Source: Atopobiaceae bacterium UBA1367 (GTDB taxonomy: Bacteria > Actinomycetota > Coriobacteriia > Coriobacteriales > Atopobiaceae). Taken from it: DNA of 64,000 bases. Below, one piece after another: positions 17,211-29,146 of this stretch (position 1 is the stretch's first letter; every line of letters starts with the position of its first letter). Made by a program: the position numbers and the translations under genes. A model generated the notes under the pieces. The model was not told the DNA's origin. It did no database searches and saw nothing but the letters and a program-made list of their open reading frames with translations. The stretch is taken from assembly GCA_002305995.1 (NCBI GenBank), contig DBRN01000011.1, positions 93,628 through 157,627 of the forward strand. Direction: 5' to 3'.

Positions 17211-18740
17211 ATGACTAGGAAGATCGACATCTTTGACACCACCCTGCGCGATGGCGAGCAGTCTCCCGGCTGCTCGATGAACACCCAGGAGAAGGTCATC
17301 GTCGCACGCGAGCTCGTCCGCATGGGCGTGGACGTGATCGAGGCGGGCTTCCCCGTCTCCAGTCCCGGCGACTTTCGCTCCGTGTCCGAGATCGGCACCG
17401 TGGTGGGTGACGCCGCCATCGTCTGCGCCTTCTCCCGTGCCCTCGAGAGGGACATCGAGAGCGCCGCGGAGGCGCTCAAGACCGCCTCGCGCCCGCGCAT
17501 CCTCACGGGCATCGGCGTCTCCCCCATGCACATGCGCGATAAGCTGCGGTTGAGCGAGGACGAGGTCATCGAGCGTGCGGCCGCTGCGGTCGCCCATGCC
17601 AGGCGGCTTGTGGATGACGTCGAGTTCTATGCCGAGGACGCCGGTCGCTCTGACCCGCAGTTCCTGCTGCGGGTGGTGCAGGCGGCCGTCGACGCGGGGG
17701 CAACGGTGGTCGACATCCCCGACACCACGGGCTTCTGCCTCCCTGATGAGTACGGGGCGCTGGTCAGGCTGGTCGCCGACAACGTCCGTGGCATCGAGGG
17801 CGTCACGATCTCGGTGCATGCCCACAACGACCTCGGTCTCGCGACCGCGCTGGCCCTGGCGGGCGTGCGCAACGGCGCCACACAGGTCGAGTGCACCATC
17901 AATGGCCTGGGCGAGCGCGCTGGCAACACGGCCCTCGAGGAGATCGTGATGGCCATCCGCCTGCATGGCGAGGAGCTGGACGCCCACACCGACATCGTCA
18001 CCCCGGAGCTCACGCGCGCAAGTCGCCTGGTCAGCCGCATCACCGGCATGGACGTGCAGGCCAACAAGGCCATCGTGGGCGCCAACGCCTTCGCGCACAG
18101 CTCGGGCATCCACCAGGATGGCGTGCTCAAGGCGCGCAGCACCTACGAGATCATCGAGCCTGCCGAGGTGGGTGCCTCCGGTCCCGACATCATCCTCTCG
18201 GCCCGTTCGGGCCACGCCGCCCTGCGCCACCGCCTGCAGGAGCTGGGCTACTCCTTTGACGACGCCTCCTTCGAGGAGGTCTACGAGCGCTTCCTCGAGA
18301 TCGCCGACCAGAAGAGGGAGGTCTACGACGAGGATCTCGAGTCCATCGTCCAGGAGCGCCAGCGCGACATCACGGCCATCTACACCCTCAACGCCCTGCA
18401 GATCCAGTGCGGCGACCCGCTGGTGCCCACGGCGGTGGCGACCATCACCAGCGAGAGCGGGGAGAGGTCCGTGGTGAGCGCCATAGGCACCGGTCCCGTC
18501 GACGCCGCCTACAAGGCCATCAACAAGGTGGTGGGCATCGAGAGCGACCTGCAGGAGTTTGCCGTGAAGGCCATCACGCGCGGCATCGATGCCATCGGCG
18601 AGGTCACGGTGCGCATCGCCGCACAGGACGGGCGCATCTACAATGGCAGGGGCGCCGACAACGACATCGTCGTCTCGAGCGCCAAGGCCTACGTCAACGC
18701 CATCAACCGCATGATCCAGGCCACGCGCTCACGCGCGTAG
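17211..18740 (+). CDS. leuA: 2-isopropylmalate synthase
   Basis: 509-aa ORF with IFDTTLRDGEQSPG, HAHNDLGLATA and C-terminal LeuA dimerisation/regulatory region motifs. Confidence 0.95.
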   Translation: MTRKIDIFDTTLRDGEQSPGCSMNTQEKVIVARELVRMGVDVIEAGFPVSSPGDFRSVSEIGTVVGDAAIVCAFSRALERDIESAAEALKTASRPRILTGIGVSPMHMRDKLRLSEDEVIERAAAAVAHARRLVDDVEFYAEDAGRSDPQFLLRVVQAAVDAGATVVDIPDTTGFCLPDEYGALVRLVADNVRGIEGVTISVHAHNDLGLATALALAGVRNGATQVECTINGLGERAGNTALEEIVMAIRLHGEELDAHTDIVTPELTRASRLVSRITGMDVQANKAIVGANAFAHSSGIHQDGVLKARSTYEIIEPAEVGASGPDIILSARSGHAALRHRLQELGYSFDDASFEEVYERFLEIADQKREVYDEDLESIVQERQRDITAIYTLNALQIQCGDPLVPTAVATITSESGERSVVSAIGTGPVDAAYKAINKVVGIESDLQEFAVKAITRGIDAIGEVTVRIAAQDGRIYNGRGADNDIVVSSAKAYVNAINRMIQATRSRA

Positions 18741-18767
18741 GCGGCAGGTGCGGGTGCGAAAAGTCTG

Positions 18768-18810
18768 CCGGGCCGGTCGACCTATGGAGAGGCCGACCGG
18801 CCCGGTCCTT
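18768..18810 (+). terminator. putative intrinsic terminator after leuA
   Basis: 12-bp stem CCGGGCCGGTCG / CGACCGGCCCGG followed by TCCTTT. Confidence 0.55.
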
Positions 18811-19040
18811 TGGCCCGCCAGCTGCGTAGACGCCAGCTGCGCTCGTGCCTATTGTGCTTGACCGACAAATCAACTTGTCGGTGATCCCCTTAGCGGCAGG
18901 GAGATGAATTCTCAGTTTGTCTGTACTTGCCAATGTAGTCACAGGCAGAAAGTACAGACGATTCGTTTTGTAGGTCTTCCTACGCACCGATGAATCGCTT
19001 TGTAGGTGGCTCTCCCATGAGACCATCCTCAGATGTACAG

Positions 19041-19192
19041 ACAAATTCCTCTGCGGGAAAGGCGGGCGTTACTAACCCTGATTTTGCCATCAGTAGCATC
19101 AACAAATTCCCCTGTGGGAGAGGAGGGCGTGAAGCTGCAGGTGTTCTTCGGGTAGGAGCGATGGAAAGCTCCCCTGCGGGAAGTGAGGGCGT
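19041..19192 (+). repeat. three degenerate ~30-nt direct repeats with a 61-62-bp period
   Basis: ACAAATTCCTCTGCGGGAAAGGCGGGCGTT (19041), ACAAATTCCCCTGTGGGAGAGGAGGGCGTG (19102; 25/30 identical to the first) and GAAAGCTCCCCTGCGGGAAGTGAGGGCGTC (19164). Confidence 0.7.
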
Positions 19193-19353
19193 CGAGGGTC
19201 CAGGCACGTCTCCGCCTCCCGGTGGGAGAGGGCTCCTCCGGGCGCCCACGTTACCAGTTGAATAACAGTTGGTGCCAGGATGCCGCGTGGCAGGTAGAGT
19301 ACCTGCCAACAGAAGAGCACGTCCAAACCGATGATGCGGAAGGTAGATGCCGC

Positions 19354-19674
19354 ACGCGCGATGAGCGAGCCTGGGACGGTGAGAGCCAGGACGAGATGCG
19401 GGGCATCGAATGGGCCGCAGAGGGCGCACCGAACGGGCACTGCCCCAGTAGGCTGCGACGTCAGGCACACGTCACGTGCCAGGGTGTGTTGGCACCTGCC
19501 CCACGCGAGTGCAGCTCGCGGCAGCGTCAAAGCATCCGCAAAGCGCACGGGATAGTGCCGTGAATCAAGGTGGCACCGCGAACTCGAACTCTCTGAGTCC
19601 GTCCTTGACGTCCTTATCAGGAACACGTCGGGGATGGGCTTTTTTCATCCCCAGGAGAGCGAGGGGGCCAGGGG
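19354..19674 (+). promoter_or_regulatory. T-box leader (tRNA-Trp-responsive; specifier UGG) of the trp operon
   Basis: Stem I K-turn GCGATGAG (19358-19365); GGTGAGAG distal region; specifier context GAA-TGG-G (TGG at 19411-19413). T-box sequence AATCAAGGTGGCACCGCG (19563-19580). Antiterminator CAAGG[TGGCAC]CGAACTC...GAGTCCG.CCTTG. A competing hairpin CCTTGACGTCC...GGAacaCGTCGGGG is followed by a T-run and the SD. Confidence 0.75.
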
Positions 19675-21189
19675 ATGCATCCGTCACGTGACGAGGTTCG
19701 CAGCCTTGCTGCCGGCGGCGCCTGGAGGCGCATACCCGTGAGGCGCGAGCTCTATGCCGACAGCTTTACGACGATCACGGTCCTGCGTGCGTTGCGGGCG
19801 GCCAGCACGCATGTCTTCCTGCTCGAGAGCGCGGAGGCGGACCAGCGGAGCGGCCGCTACTCGTTTCTGGGCCTCAATCCCAGCATGGAGATCACCTGCC
19901 TGGACGGCACGCTCCGGGTGCGCCGCAACGTCGAGGGCGCCTGCGGTGCGGGCGCGACGACGGATGCGCCCAGCCTGCAGACCCGTCAGGTCGACCATCC
20001 CGGCGACTTCCTGCGAGAGATCATCGCCGACAACCTAACGCCCCAGCTCGAGGGCTTCCCCACGTTCACGGGCGGGCTCGTGGGCTACTTCTCCTACGAC
20101 TACCTCGCGTATGCCGAGCCGACGCTGCGCCGCAAGGGCATGCGCAACGAGGACTTCCTCGACATGGACCTCATGCTCTTCGATGACGTCATCTGCTTTG
20201 ACTCCTACCGCAAGCGTCTGGTCCTCATCACGGGGGTGCGCACGGATGACGTGGACGCCTCCTATGCGGCAGCCGAGGCCCGCCTCGACGCCATCGAGCG
20301 GCTCATACGCACGGGGGAGCGCAAGCGCTTCGAGCCCCTCAGGCTCACGAGCCAGCTCGTGCCCCACTTCTCTCGCGAGCGGTACTGCCAGATGGTCGAG
20401 GTGGCCAAGGAGCACATCCGCGAGGGGGACGTCTTCCAGGTGGTGCTCTCCGATCCCATGGAGGCCACCGCCACGGGAAGCCTCCTTGACGCCTACCGGG
20501 TGCTCCGCAGCGAGAACCCCTCTCCCTACATGTTCTACTTCACCTCGGATGACGTGGAGATTGCCGGTGCCAGCCCCGAGACCCTGGTCAAGCTCGAGAA
20601 CGGGACGCTGCGCACCTACCCGCTCGCCGGCACGCGCCCCCGCGGCAGGACCGTCGAGGAGGACGAGCGCCTCGAGCGGGAGCTCCTTGCCGACGAGAAG
20701 GAGCTCGCCGAGCACAACATGCTGGTCGGTCTCGGTCGCAACGATCTCGGGCGCATAGCCGCCATCGGCAGCGTGAGGGTGGAGAGCCACCTCAAGGTGC
20801 TGCGCCTCAGCCACGTCATGCACATGGGTTCGACAGTCGAGGGCCTCATCGCGCAGGACAGGGATGCCGTCGATGCGGTCGACTCCATCCTGCCTGCAGG
20901 CACCCTCTCCGGTGCGCCCAAGGCGCGCGCCTGTCAGATCATCCAGGAGCTCGAGGGCTCCAAGCGCGGCATCTACGGAGGAGCCATCGGCTACCTCGAC
21001 TTCTCGGGGAACCTCGACACCTGCATCGGCATCCGCCTCGCCTACAAGAAGCACGGCAGGGTGGTCGTCCAGTCAGGTGCGGGCATCGTCGCGGACAGCG
21101 TGCCCGAGCGCGAGTTCGAGGAGTGCCAGGGCAAGGCCCGTGCCGTCATGGAGGCGCTTCGCACGGCGGAGGGAGGCATCGACCGATGA
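19675..21189 (+). CDS. trpE: anthranilate synthase component I
   Basis: 504-aa ORF with the chorismate-binding domain (GDVFQVVLS, LSGAPKARA, GIYGGAIGY). It is first in the trp operon. Confidence 0.95.
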   Translation: MHPSRDEVRSLAAGGAWRRIPVRRELYADSFTTITVLRALRAASTHVFLLESAEADQRSGRYSFLGLNPSMEITCLDGTLRVRRNVEGACGAGATTDAPSLQTRQVDHPGDFLREIIADNLTPQLEGFPTFTGGLVGYFSYDYLAYAEPTLRRKGMRNEDFLDMDLMLFDDVICFDSYRKRLVLITGVRTDDVDASYAAAEARLDAIERLIRTGERKRFEPLRLTSQLVPHFSRERYCQMVEVAKEHIREGDVFQVVLSDPMEATATGSLLDAYRVLRSENPSPYMFYFTSDDVEIAGASPETLVKLENGTLRTYPLAGTRPRGRTVEEDERLERELLADEKELAEHNMLVGLGRNDLGRIAAIGSVRVESHLKVLRLSHVMHMGSTVEGLIAQDRDAVDAVDSILPAGTLSGAPKARACQIIQELEGSKRGIYGGAIGYLDFSGNLDTCIGIRLAYKKHGRVVVQSGAGIVADSVPEREFEECQGKARAVMEALRTAEGGIDR

Positions 21190-21758
21190 TCGTCCTCATC
21201 GACAACTACGACAGCTTCTCCTACAACCTCTACCAGCTCCTGGGCGTCGTGCGTCGGGACATCAGGGTCATCAGGAACGACGCCATGAGCGTGCCCGAGC
21301 TCGAGGCGCTCTCGCCCGAGGCGCTGGTGCTCTCCCCGGGGCCGGGTCGTCCGGCGGACGCGGGCATCTGCGAGGAGGCGGTGCGCGCCCTCTCCGGCAG
21401 GGTCCCCATCCTGGGGGTGTGCCTGGGTCATCAGGCGATCTGCGAGGCGTTTGGCGGGGAGATCACCTATGCGAGGGAGATCATGCACGGCAAGTCGTCG
21501 CTCGCGCTGGCCAATGCCGACTGCCCGCTGTTCGAGGAGGTCAGGCAGCCGATGGAGGTGGGACGCTACCACTCGCTCGAGGTTGCCGCCGAAACGCTGC
21601 CCGCATGCCTGCGCGTGACGGCCGAGACCGAGGACGGCGCCGTCATGGCCGTGCAGCACATGTCTCATCCCACGTTTGGCCTGCAGTTCCACCCGGAGTC
21701 GATCCTCACGCCCACAGGCGAGCAGATGGCGCAGGGCTTCATGGCGCTCGTGGGGTAG
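21186..21758 (+). CDS. trpG: anthranilate synthase component II (glutamine amidotransferase)
   Basis: [24 protein letters not shown] and HPES triad motifs. ATGA overlap with the trpE stop. Confidence 0.93.
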   Translation: MIVLIDNYDSFSYNLYQLLGVVRRDIRVIRNDAMSVPELEALSPEALVLSPGPGRPADAGICEEAVRALSGRVPILGVCLGHQAICEAFGGEITYAREIMHGKSSLALANADCPLFEEVRQPMEVGRYHSLEVAAETLPACLRVTAETEDGAVMAVQHMSHPTFGLQFHPESILTPTGEQMAQGFMALVG

Positions 21759-21858
21759 GGGGCAGGACGCGACCAGCGGGGCGCAGGCGACGGGCGAGAC
21801 CCACCGGAGAAGAGGCAAGGCGCAACCAACCAGAGCAACCAACCAGAGAGGGGACATC

Positions 21859-22881
21859 ATGATCAAGGAGGCCATCGACAAGATCGTCCAGCACGGGGAC
21901 CTCACCTACGACGAGGCCTACGCCACCATGCGGGAGATCATGGGCGGCAAGACGGCGCCCACGCAAAACGCCGCGTTCCTCGCGGCCCTCTCCACCAAGA
22001 ACACGAGGGCCGAGACGATCGAGGAGATCTCGGGCTGCGCCACCGCCATGCGCGAGGTCGCGACGCCAGTCGAGCATCCCGGCGTCGAGACCCTGGAGAT
22101 CGTGGGCACGGGCGGCGACCGCTCCGGCACCTTCAACGTCTCCACCACGGCGGCGCTCATCTGCGCCGCAGCGGGCGCCAAGGTGACCAAGCACGGCAAT
22201 CGCGCCGCAAGCTCCCAGTCCGGGACCGCCGACTGCCTGGAGGCCCTGGGCGTGAACCTCGACCAGGGTCCCGACAAGGTTCGCGCCGAGCTCGCAGGCT
22301 GCGGCATCAGCTTCCTCTTCGCGCAGAGGTACCATCCAGCCATGAGGTACGTGGCCCCCATCCGCAGGGAGTTGGGCTTCCGCACCGTCTTCAACATCCT
22401 CGGGCCGCTCACCAACCCCGCCCGGCCCACCTTTGTCCTGCTGGGCGTCTATGACGGCTACCTCTGTGAGCCGCTGGCCAACGTCCTCTCCGACCTCGGT
22501 GTGCGACGCGCCTTCGTGGCCTATGGCGAGGACGGGATGGACGAGATCTCCCTCTCGGCGCCCACCAAGCTGTGCGAGCTCAAGGACGGCTACTACCGCA
22601 CCCAGACCATCACGCCCGAGCAGTTTGGGCTGAGGCGCGCGCAGAAGTTCGCCGTCGCGGGCGGCACACCCCAGGAGAACGCGCAGATCACGCGTGACAT
22701 CCTGGCGGGCGAGGACAGCGGTCCTAGGCACGACATGGCCGTGCTCAACGCCGGCGCGGCGCTCTACCTGGCCGAGAGGGCCGATTCCATCGCCGACGGC
22801 ATCGCGCTGGCCGACGAGCAGATAGCGAGCGGCAGTGCCACGAGGACGCTCGAGGCCTTCGTCAGGGAGAGCAACGAGTGA
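21859..22881 (+). CDS. trpD: anthranilate phosphoribosyltransferase
   Basis: [16 protein letters not shown] and KHGNRAASS motifs. The start MIKEAIDK is preceded by GAGAGGGG. Confidence 0.93.
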   Translation: MIKEAIDKIVQHGDLTYDEAYATMREIMGGKTAPTQNAAFLAALSTKNTRAETIEEISGCATAMREVATPVEHPGVETLEIVGTGGDRSGTFNVSTTAALICAAAGAKVTKHGNRAASSQSGTADCLEALGVNLDQGPDKVRAELAGCGISFLFAQRYHPAMRYVAPIRRELGFRTVFNILGPLTNPARPTFVLLGVYDGYLCEPLANVLSDLGVRRAFVAYGEDGMDEISLSAPTKLCELKDGYYRTQTITPEQFGLRRAQKFAVAGGTPQENAQITRDILAGEDSGPRHDMAVLNAGAALYLAERADSIADGIALADEQIASGSATRTLEAFVRESNE

Positions 22882-23705
22882 TGGGGACCACTGCCGACAT
22901 CCTTCAGAGGATAGCCGCGAAGACGCGGGAGCGGGTGGCCGCGGAGCGGGCGGCGCTGCCGCTTGCCGAGGTCAGGGCCCAGGCCGAGGCCGCGGCGAGC
23001 AGGGAGCTCGCGGAGTGCCCCGACAAGGGCTTCGCCTTTCCCTTCGAGCAGGCGCTGCGCGCACCCGGCATGAGCTTCATCTGCGAGTGCAAGAGGGCGA
23101 GCCCTTCCAAGGGCCTCATCGCCCCCGACTTCGATCCCACCTCCATCGCACGGGAGTACGAGGCCGCCGGCGCCGCGGCCATCAGCTGCCTCACGGAGCC
23201 AACCTGGTTTTTGGGCAAAGACGAGCACGTCACCCAGGTCGCACGGGCGGTTCGCATCCCGGTGCTGCGCAAGGACTTCGTGGTGGACGAGTACATGGTC
23301 TGGCAGGCTTGCATCATCGGTGCCTCGGCGGTGCTCCTCATCTGCTCGATTCTGGATGACGACCAGCTCGGGGCATACGTCGCGCTCGCCCACGAGCTGG
23401 GGCTCACGGCGCTTGTGGAGGCCTATGACCCCGACGAGGTGCCACGCGCGTTGGCCGCCGGCGCCCGGGTGGTGGGGGTCAACAACCGCGACTTGCGCAC
23501 GTTTCAGGTGGACTTCGGTCGCAGCATCGACCTGCGTCCGCTGGTGGGCGCAGACCGCGTTTTCGTCTCCGAGTCGGGCGTGCGGGACGCCCGTGACGTA
23601 CGCAGGCTCGCGGATGCCGGCGTGGACGCGATCCTCGTCGGCGAGACCCTCATGCGCCAGGCGGACAAGCGTGCCGCTCTCGACGCCCTGCGGGGTGGGC
23701 TCTGA
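22878..23705 (+). CDS. trpC: indole-3-glycerol-phosphate synthase
   Basis: [18 protein letters not shown] and GVNNRDL motifs. ATGA overlap with trpD. Confidence 0.93.
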   Translation: MMGTTADILQRIAAKTRERVAAERAALPLAEVRAQAEAAASRELAECPDKGFAFPFEQALRAPGMSFICECKRASPSKGLIAPDFDPTSIAREYEAAGAAAISCLTEPTWFLGKDEHVTQVARAVRIPVLRKDFVVDEYMVWQACIIGASAVLLICSILDDDQLGAYVALAHELGLTALVEAYDPDEVPRALAAGARVVGVNNRDLRTFQVDFGRSIDLRPLVGADRVFVSESGVRDARDVRRLADAGVDAILVGETLMRQADKRAALDALRGGL

Positions 23706-23741
23706 TGGGCGCGCGCGGACTCCGGCAGGCTCGCCCGCGAG

Positions 23742-24427
23742 ATGCTCGCCGCAGCGGGCGCGTCTGGTGGGGCCGCGACGACGACCCCGTCTGGTGGGGC
23801 CGCGACGACGACCCCGTCCGGCGCACGCCCGCGCATCAAGCTCTGCGGCATGTTCCGTGACGCCGACATCGATGCCGTAAACGATTCCCGACCGGACCTG
23901 TGCGGCTTCGTCGTCAGCTTCCCGCGCTCGCATCGGAGCGTCTCTCCCGAGCGGCTCGGGCGGCTGGTGGGGGCACTCGACGAGGCGATCGGTGCCGTCG
24001 GCGTCTTCGTGGACCAGCCGGAGGGGTTCGTGGCACAGGTGGCGAACGAGGTCGTCGACGTCGTCCAGCTGCACGGATCGGAGGACAACGCCTACATCGG
24101 GCGTCTCCGCGCGCTCACGGACGCCCCCATCGTGCAGGCCGTTCGCATGAGGTCCGCCCGCGATGCGTGTCGGGCGGCGCGCTCCGCCGCCGACCTCGTC
24201 CTCCTCGACAGCGGGTGGGGGACGGGCAGGCGCTTCGACTGGGCGCTCGTCGCAGGGGTGGCCAGGCCCTTCATGCTTGCGGGCGGGCTCTGCGCCGACA
24301 ACGTCGCCGAGGCCGTGCGCGCCTGCGCGCCCTGGGGCGTCGACATGAGCTCGGGACTCGAGACCGATGGGCTCAAGGACCCGGCACGGATCAGGGCTGC
24401 CGTCAGGGCAGCGAGAGGAGCCAGGTA

Positions 24428-24428
<1 letters not shown>
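23742..24428 (+). CDS. trpF: phosphoribosylanthranilate isomerase
   Basis: IKLCGM...D, VQLHG and LAGGL motifs. The N-terminus contains a perfect 27-bp tandem duplication (SGGAATTTP x2), so the true start is uncertain. Confidence 0.85.
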
Positions 24429-25627
<1,199 letters not shown>

Positions 25628-25683
25628 CCCAGCCCTGCGTGGGAGGCGGGATCCCCCCACGGGACGTCCGAGAGGAGCATCGC

Positions 25684-26475
25684 ATGCCAAGCATCGCAGA
25701 CGCCTTCGCCAGCAGCCCCAATGGCAAGGCCTTCATTCCCTTCATCACGGTCGGCGATCCCACGATCGAGGTGACCGAGCGTCTGGTGGTCGCCATGGCA
25801 GAGGCCGGCGCCGACCTCATCGAGCTGGGCATCCCCTTCTCCGACCCCATGGCCGAGGGTCCCGTGATCCAAGACGCCAACATCCGCGCGCTGCGCAACG
25901 ACGTGACCACCGACGACGTGTTCGACATGGTCGCACGCGTGCGCGATGCCGGCTGCGCCGTGCCGCTCGCGATCATGACGTATGCCAACGTGGTTTTCTC
26001 ATACGGCATCGAGCGCTTTGCCGCCCGCGAGCGCGCGGTGGGCATGGCGGGTGTCATCCTGCCCGACGTGCCACATGAAGAGAAGGACGAGTTCGAGGGC
26101 GCCTTTGCCGCACAGGGCCTGGACGTGGTGAGCCTCATCGCGCCCACGTCGCACGAGCGCATCCGCCAGATCGCGGCGGATGCCAGTGGCTTCGTGTACA
26201 TCGTCAGCTCGCTTGGCGTGACGGGCGAGCGTGCGGAGATCACCAGCGACATCGGAGCCATGGTCGCGCTCATACGCGAGGTCAATCCGCTGCTTCCGTG
26301 TGCTGTGGGCTTTGGCATCTCCACGCCCGGGCAGGCGGCTCGCATGGCGGCGCTCTCCGACGGCGCCATCGTGGGCTCGGCCATCGTGCGCCTGATCGGC
26401 GAGCTGGGGGAGGCGTGCGTGGGGCCCGTGACGGCCTCCGTGCGCGAGATGGCCGCTGCCGTGCATCGGGCATAG
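25684..26475 (+). CDS. trpA: tryptophan synthase alpha chain
   Basis: FIPFITVGDP, IELGIPFSDPMAEGP and GFGIS motifs. The start MPSIAD is preceded by GAGAGGAG. Confidence 0.93.
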   Translation: MPSIADAFASSPNGKAFIPFITVGDPTIEVTERLVVAMAEAGADLIELGIPFSDPMAEGPVIQDANIRALRNDVTTDDVFDMVARVRDAGCAVPLAIMTYANVVFSYGIERFAARERAVGMAGVILPDVPHEEKDEFEGAFAAQGLDVVSLIAPTSHERIRQIAADASGFVYIVSSLGVTGERAEITSDIGAMVALIREVNPLLPCAVGFGISTPGQAARMAALSDGAIVGSAIVRLIGELGEACVGPVTASVREMAAAVHRA

Positions 26476-26586
26476 GTCCGGGCATAGGTCGCAGGGCGGG
26501 GGTGCCACGGTGGCGGGGATCCCCACCGCGCCCGGCCCGTGGCTCGTCTACGATGGATGTGTGGGGACGGCGAGACGGGAGGGCCC

Positions 26587-27198
26587 ATGGTAGCCATCAG
26601 GAACGTGGTCTTCGACATGGGCGGCGTGCTCATGGACTGGGATCCGGTCAGGATCTCCCATGCCCTGTGCGACGATCCCGACGACGCGGCGCTGCTTGCC
26701 CATGTGGTCTTCGACTCGCGCGAGTGGGGCTGGGTAGACGCGGGGGCCGTCTCGCCGGAGACGGTTGCCTGGACGGCAAAGCTCAGGCTGCCCGAGCGCC
26801 TGCATGAGCTGGCGGACGTCTTTGCCCTGCGCTGGCACGAGGTGTTCGAGCCCTTGCCTGAGATGGGCGTGCTCGTGCGCGAACTCAAGGCCGAGGGCTA
26901 TGGCGCCTATCTGCTGTCCAATGCCGGACCGACCTTCGAGGTCTATCGGGATCGCATTCCCGCAATCGAGCTCTTCGATGGGGTGCTCGTCTCGTGCCAC
27001 GAGCGTACGGTCAAGCCCGATGCACCCATCTACCTGCTGCTCTGCGAACGGTATGGACTGAGTCCCGCTGAGTGCCTGTTCGTTGACGACCTGCGTCGCA
27101 ACGTGGTTGGCGCCGAGCGTGTCGGCATGCAGGGCTACGTCTACGACGGTGACGTTGATGCGCTGCGCCGGTTCATCCACCGGCGGGGATCGCGGTAG
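26587..27198 (+). CDS. HAD-superfamily hydrolase (subfamily IA-like)
   Basis: VVFDMGGVL (DxG motif I), SNAG and FVDD motifs. The start MVAIRN is preceded by GGGAGGG. Confidence 0.8.
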   Translation: MVAIRNVVFDMGGVLMDWDPVRISHALCDDPDDAALLAHVVFDSREWGWVDAGAVSPETVAWTAKLRLPERLHELADVFALRWHEVFEPLPEMGVLVRELKAEGYGAYLLSNAGPTFEVYRDRIPAIELFDGVLVSCHERTVKPDAPIYLLLCERYGLSPAECLFVDDLRRNVVGAERVGMQGYVYDGDVDALRRFIHRRGSR

Positions 27199-27275
27199 GC
27201 GCTCGGGCCCCCGTGCCGCGCCCGCATGCCGGTCGCCGCGGGCGTCTCTGCTTGGGCCGCGCCTTCGGCACGTGG

Positions 27276-27366
27276 CCCACCGCCAGCACGCGGCTGGTCG
27301 AAAGCTCGCGCACGATGGCATTCGCCTGCGCGTCCGACCCACTGCCAGCACGCGGCTGGTCGAAAG
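27276..27366 (+). repeat. 29-nt direct repeat / 33-nt spacer / 29-nt direct repeat
   Basis: CCCACCGCCAGCACGCGGCTGGTCGAAAG (27276-27304) and CCCACTGCCAGCACGCGGCTGGTCGAAAG (27338-27366) differ at 1 position. Each contains the hairpin GCCAGC-acgcg-GCTGGT. Confidence 0.85.
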
Positions 27367-27454
27367 ACGTTGTCCCGCTCACCTAGTCCCCGTGGGGCCG
27401 CCCATCCCTCTCCCGTACACTTGAGCTGCCCGCAGATCGGGCAGGGAAGGGTAG

Positions 27455-28927
<1,473 letters not shown>

Positions 28928-29010
28928 GGTTCCGGCACCTGGCAGGGGCATCGTCTGGGAGAGGGCTGCGAGACAAGCCGTCACAGCAGGGCCGGGATGT
29001 CGAGATGATT

Positions 29011-29047
29011 GGCCCGACCGTGGAGCGATCCTCGGTCGGGCCTTTCC
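29011..29047 (+). terminator. putative intrinsic terminator after the GH1 gene
   Basis: 10-bp stem GGCCCGACCG / CGGTCGGGCC followed by TTTCC. Confidence 0.6.
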
Positions 29048-29146
29048 ATCCCCATCGGCTCACCTCCCGCCGTCCGGCGACGCACCCTCGCCCTTGTGGG
29101 ATAATCGGCAGGGTCAACCCACTCGCGCAGGGATGGTGCAGCTGCA

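Noticed and set aside
18990-19265. 91-aa ORF (MNRFVGGSPMRPSSDV...) across the 61-bp repeat mini-array
   Set aside because: It has no RBS. Its composition is driven by the DNA repeats (SSAGKAGV / PCGRGGRE / SPAGSEGVE). It lies in a region better explained as non-coding repeats and hairpins upstream of the T-box.
29096-29104. Extended -10-like TGgGATAAT, and other hand-picked promoter hexamers (for example TAGAAT on the minus strand at 359-364)
   Set aside because: They are plausible by position, but no convincing -35 partner at correct spacing was found. Promoter consensus in this lineage is unknown to me, so I have not listed them as features.
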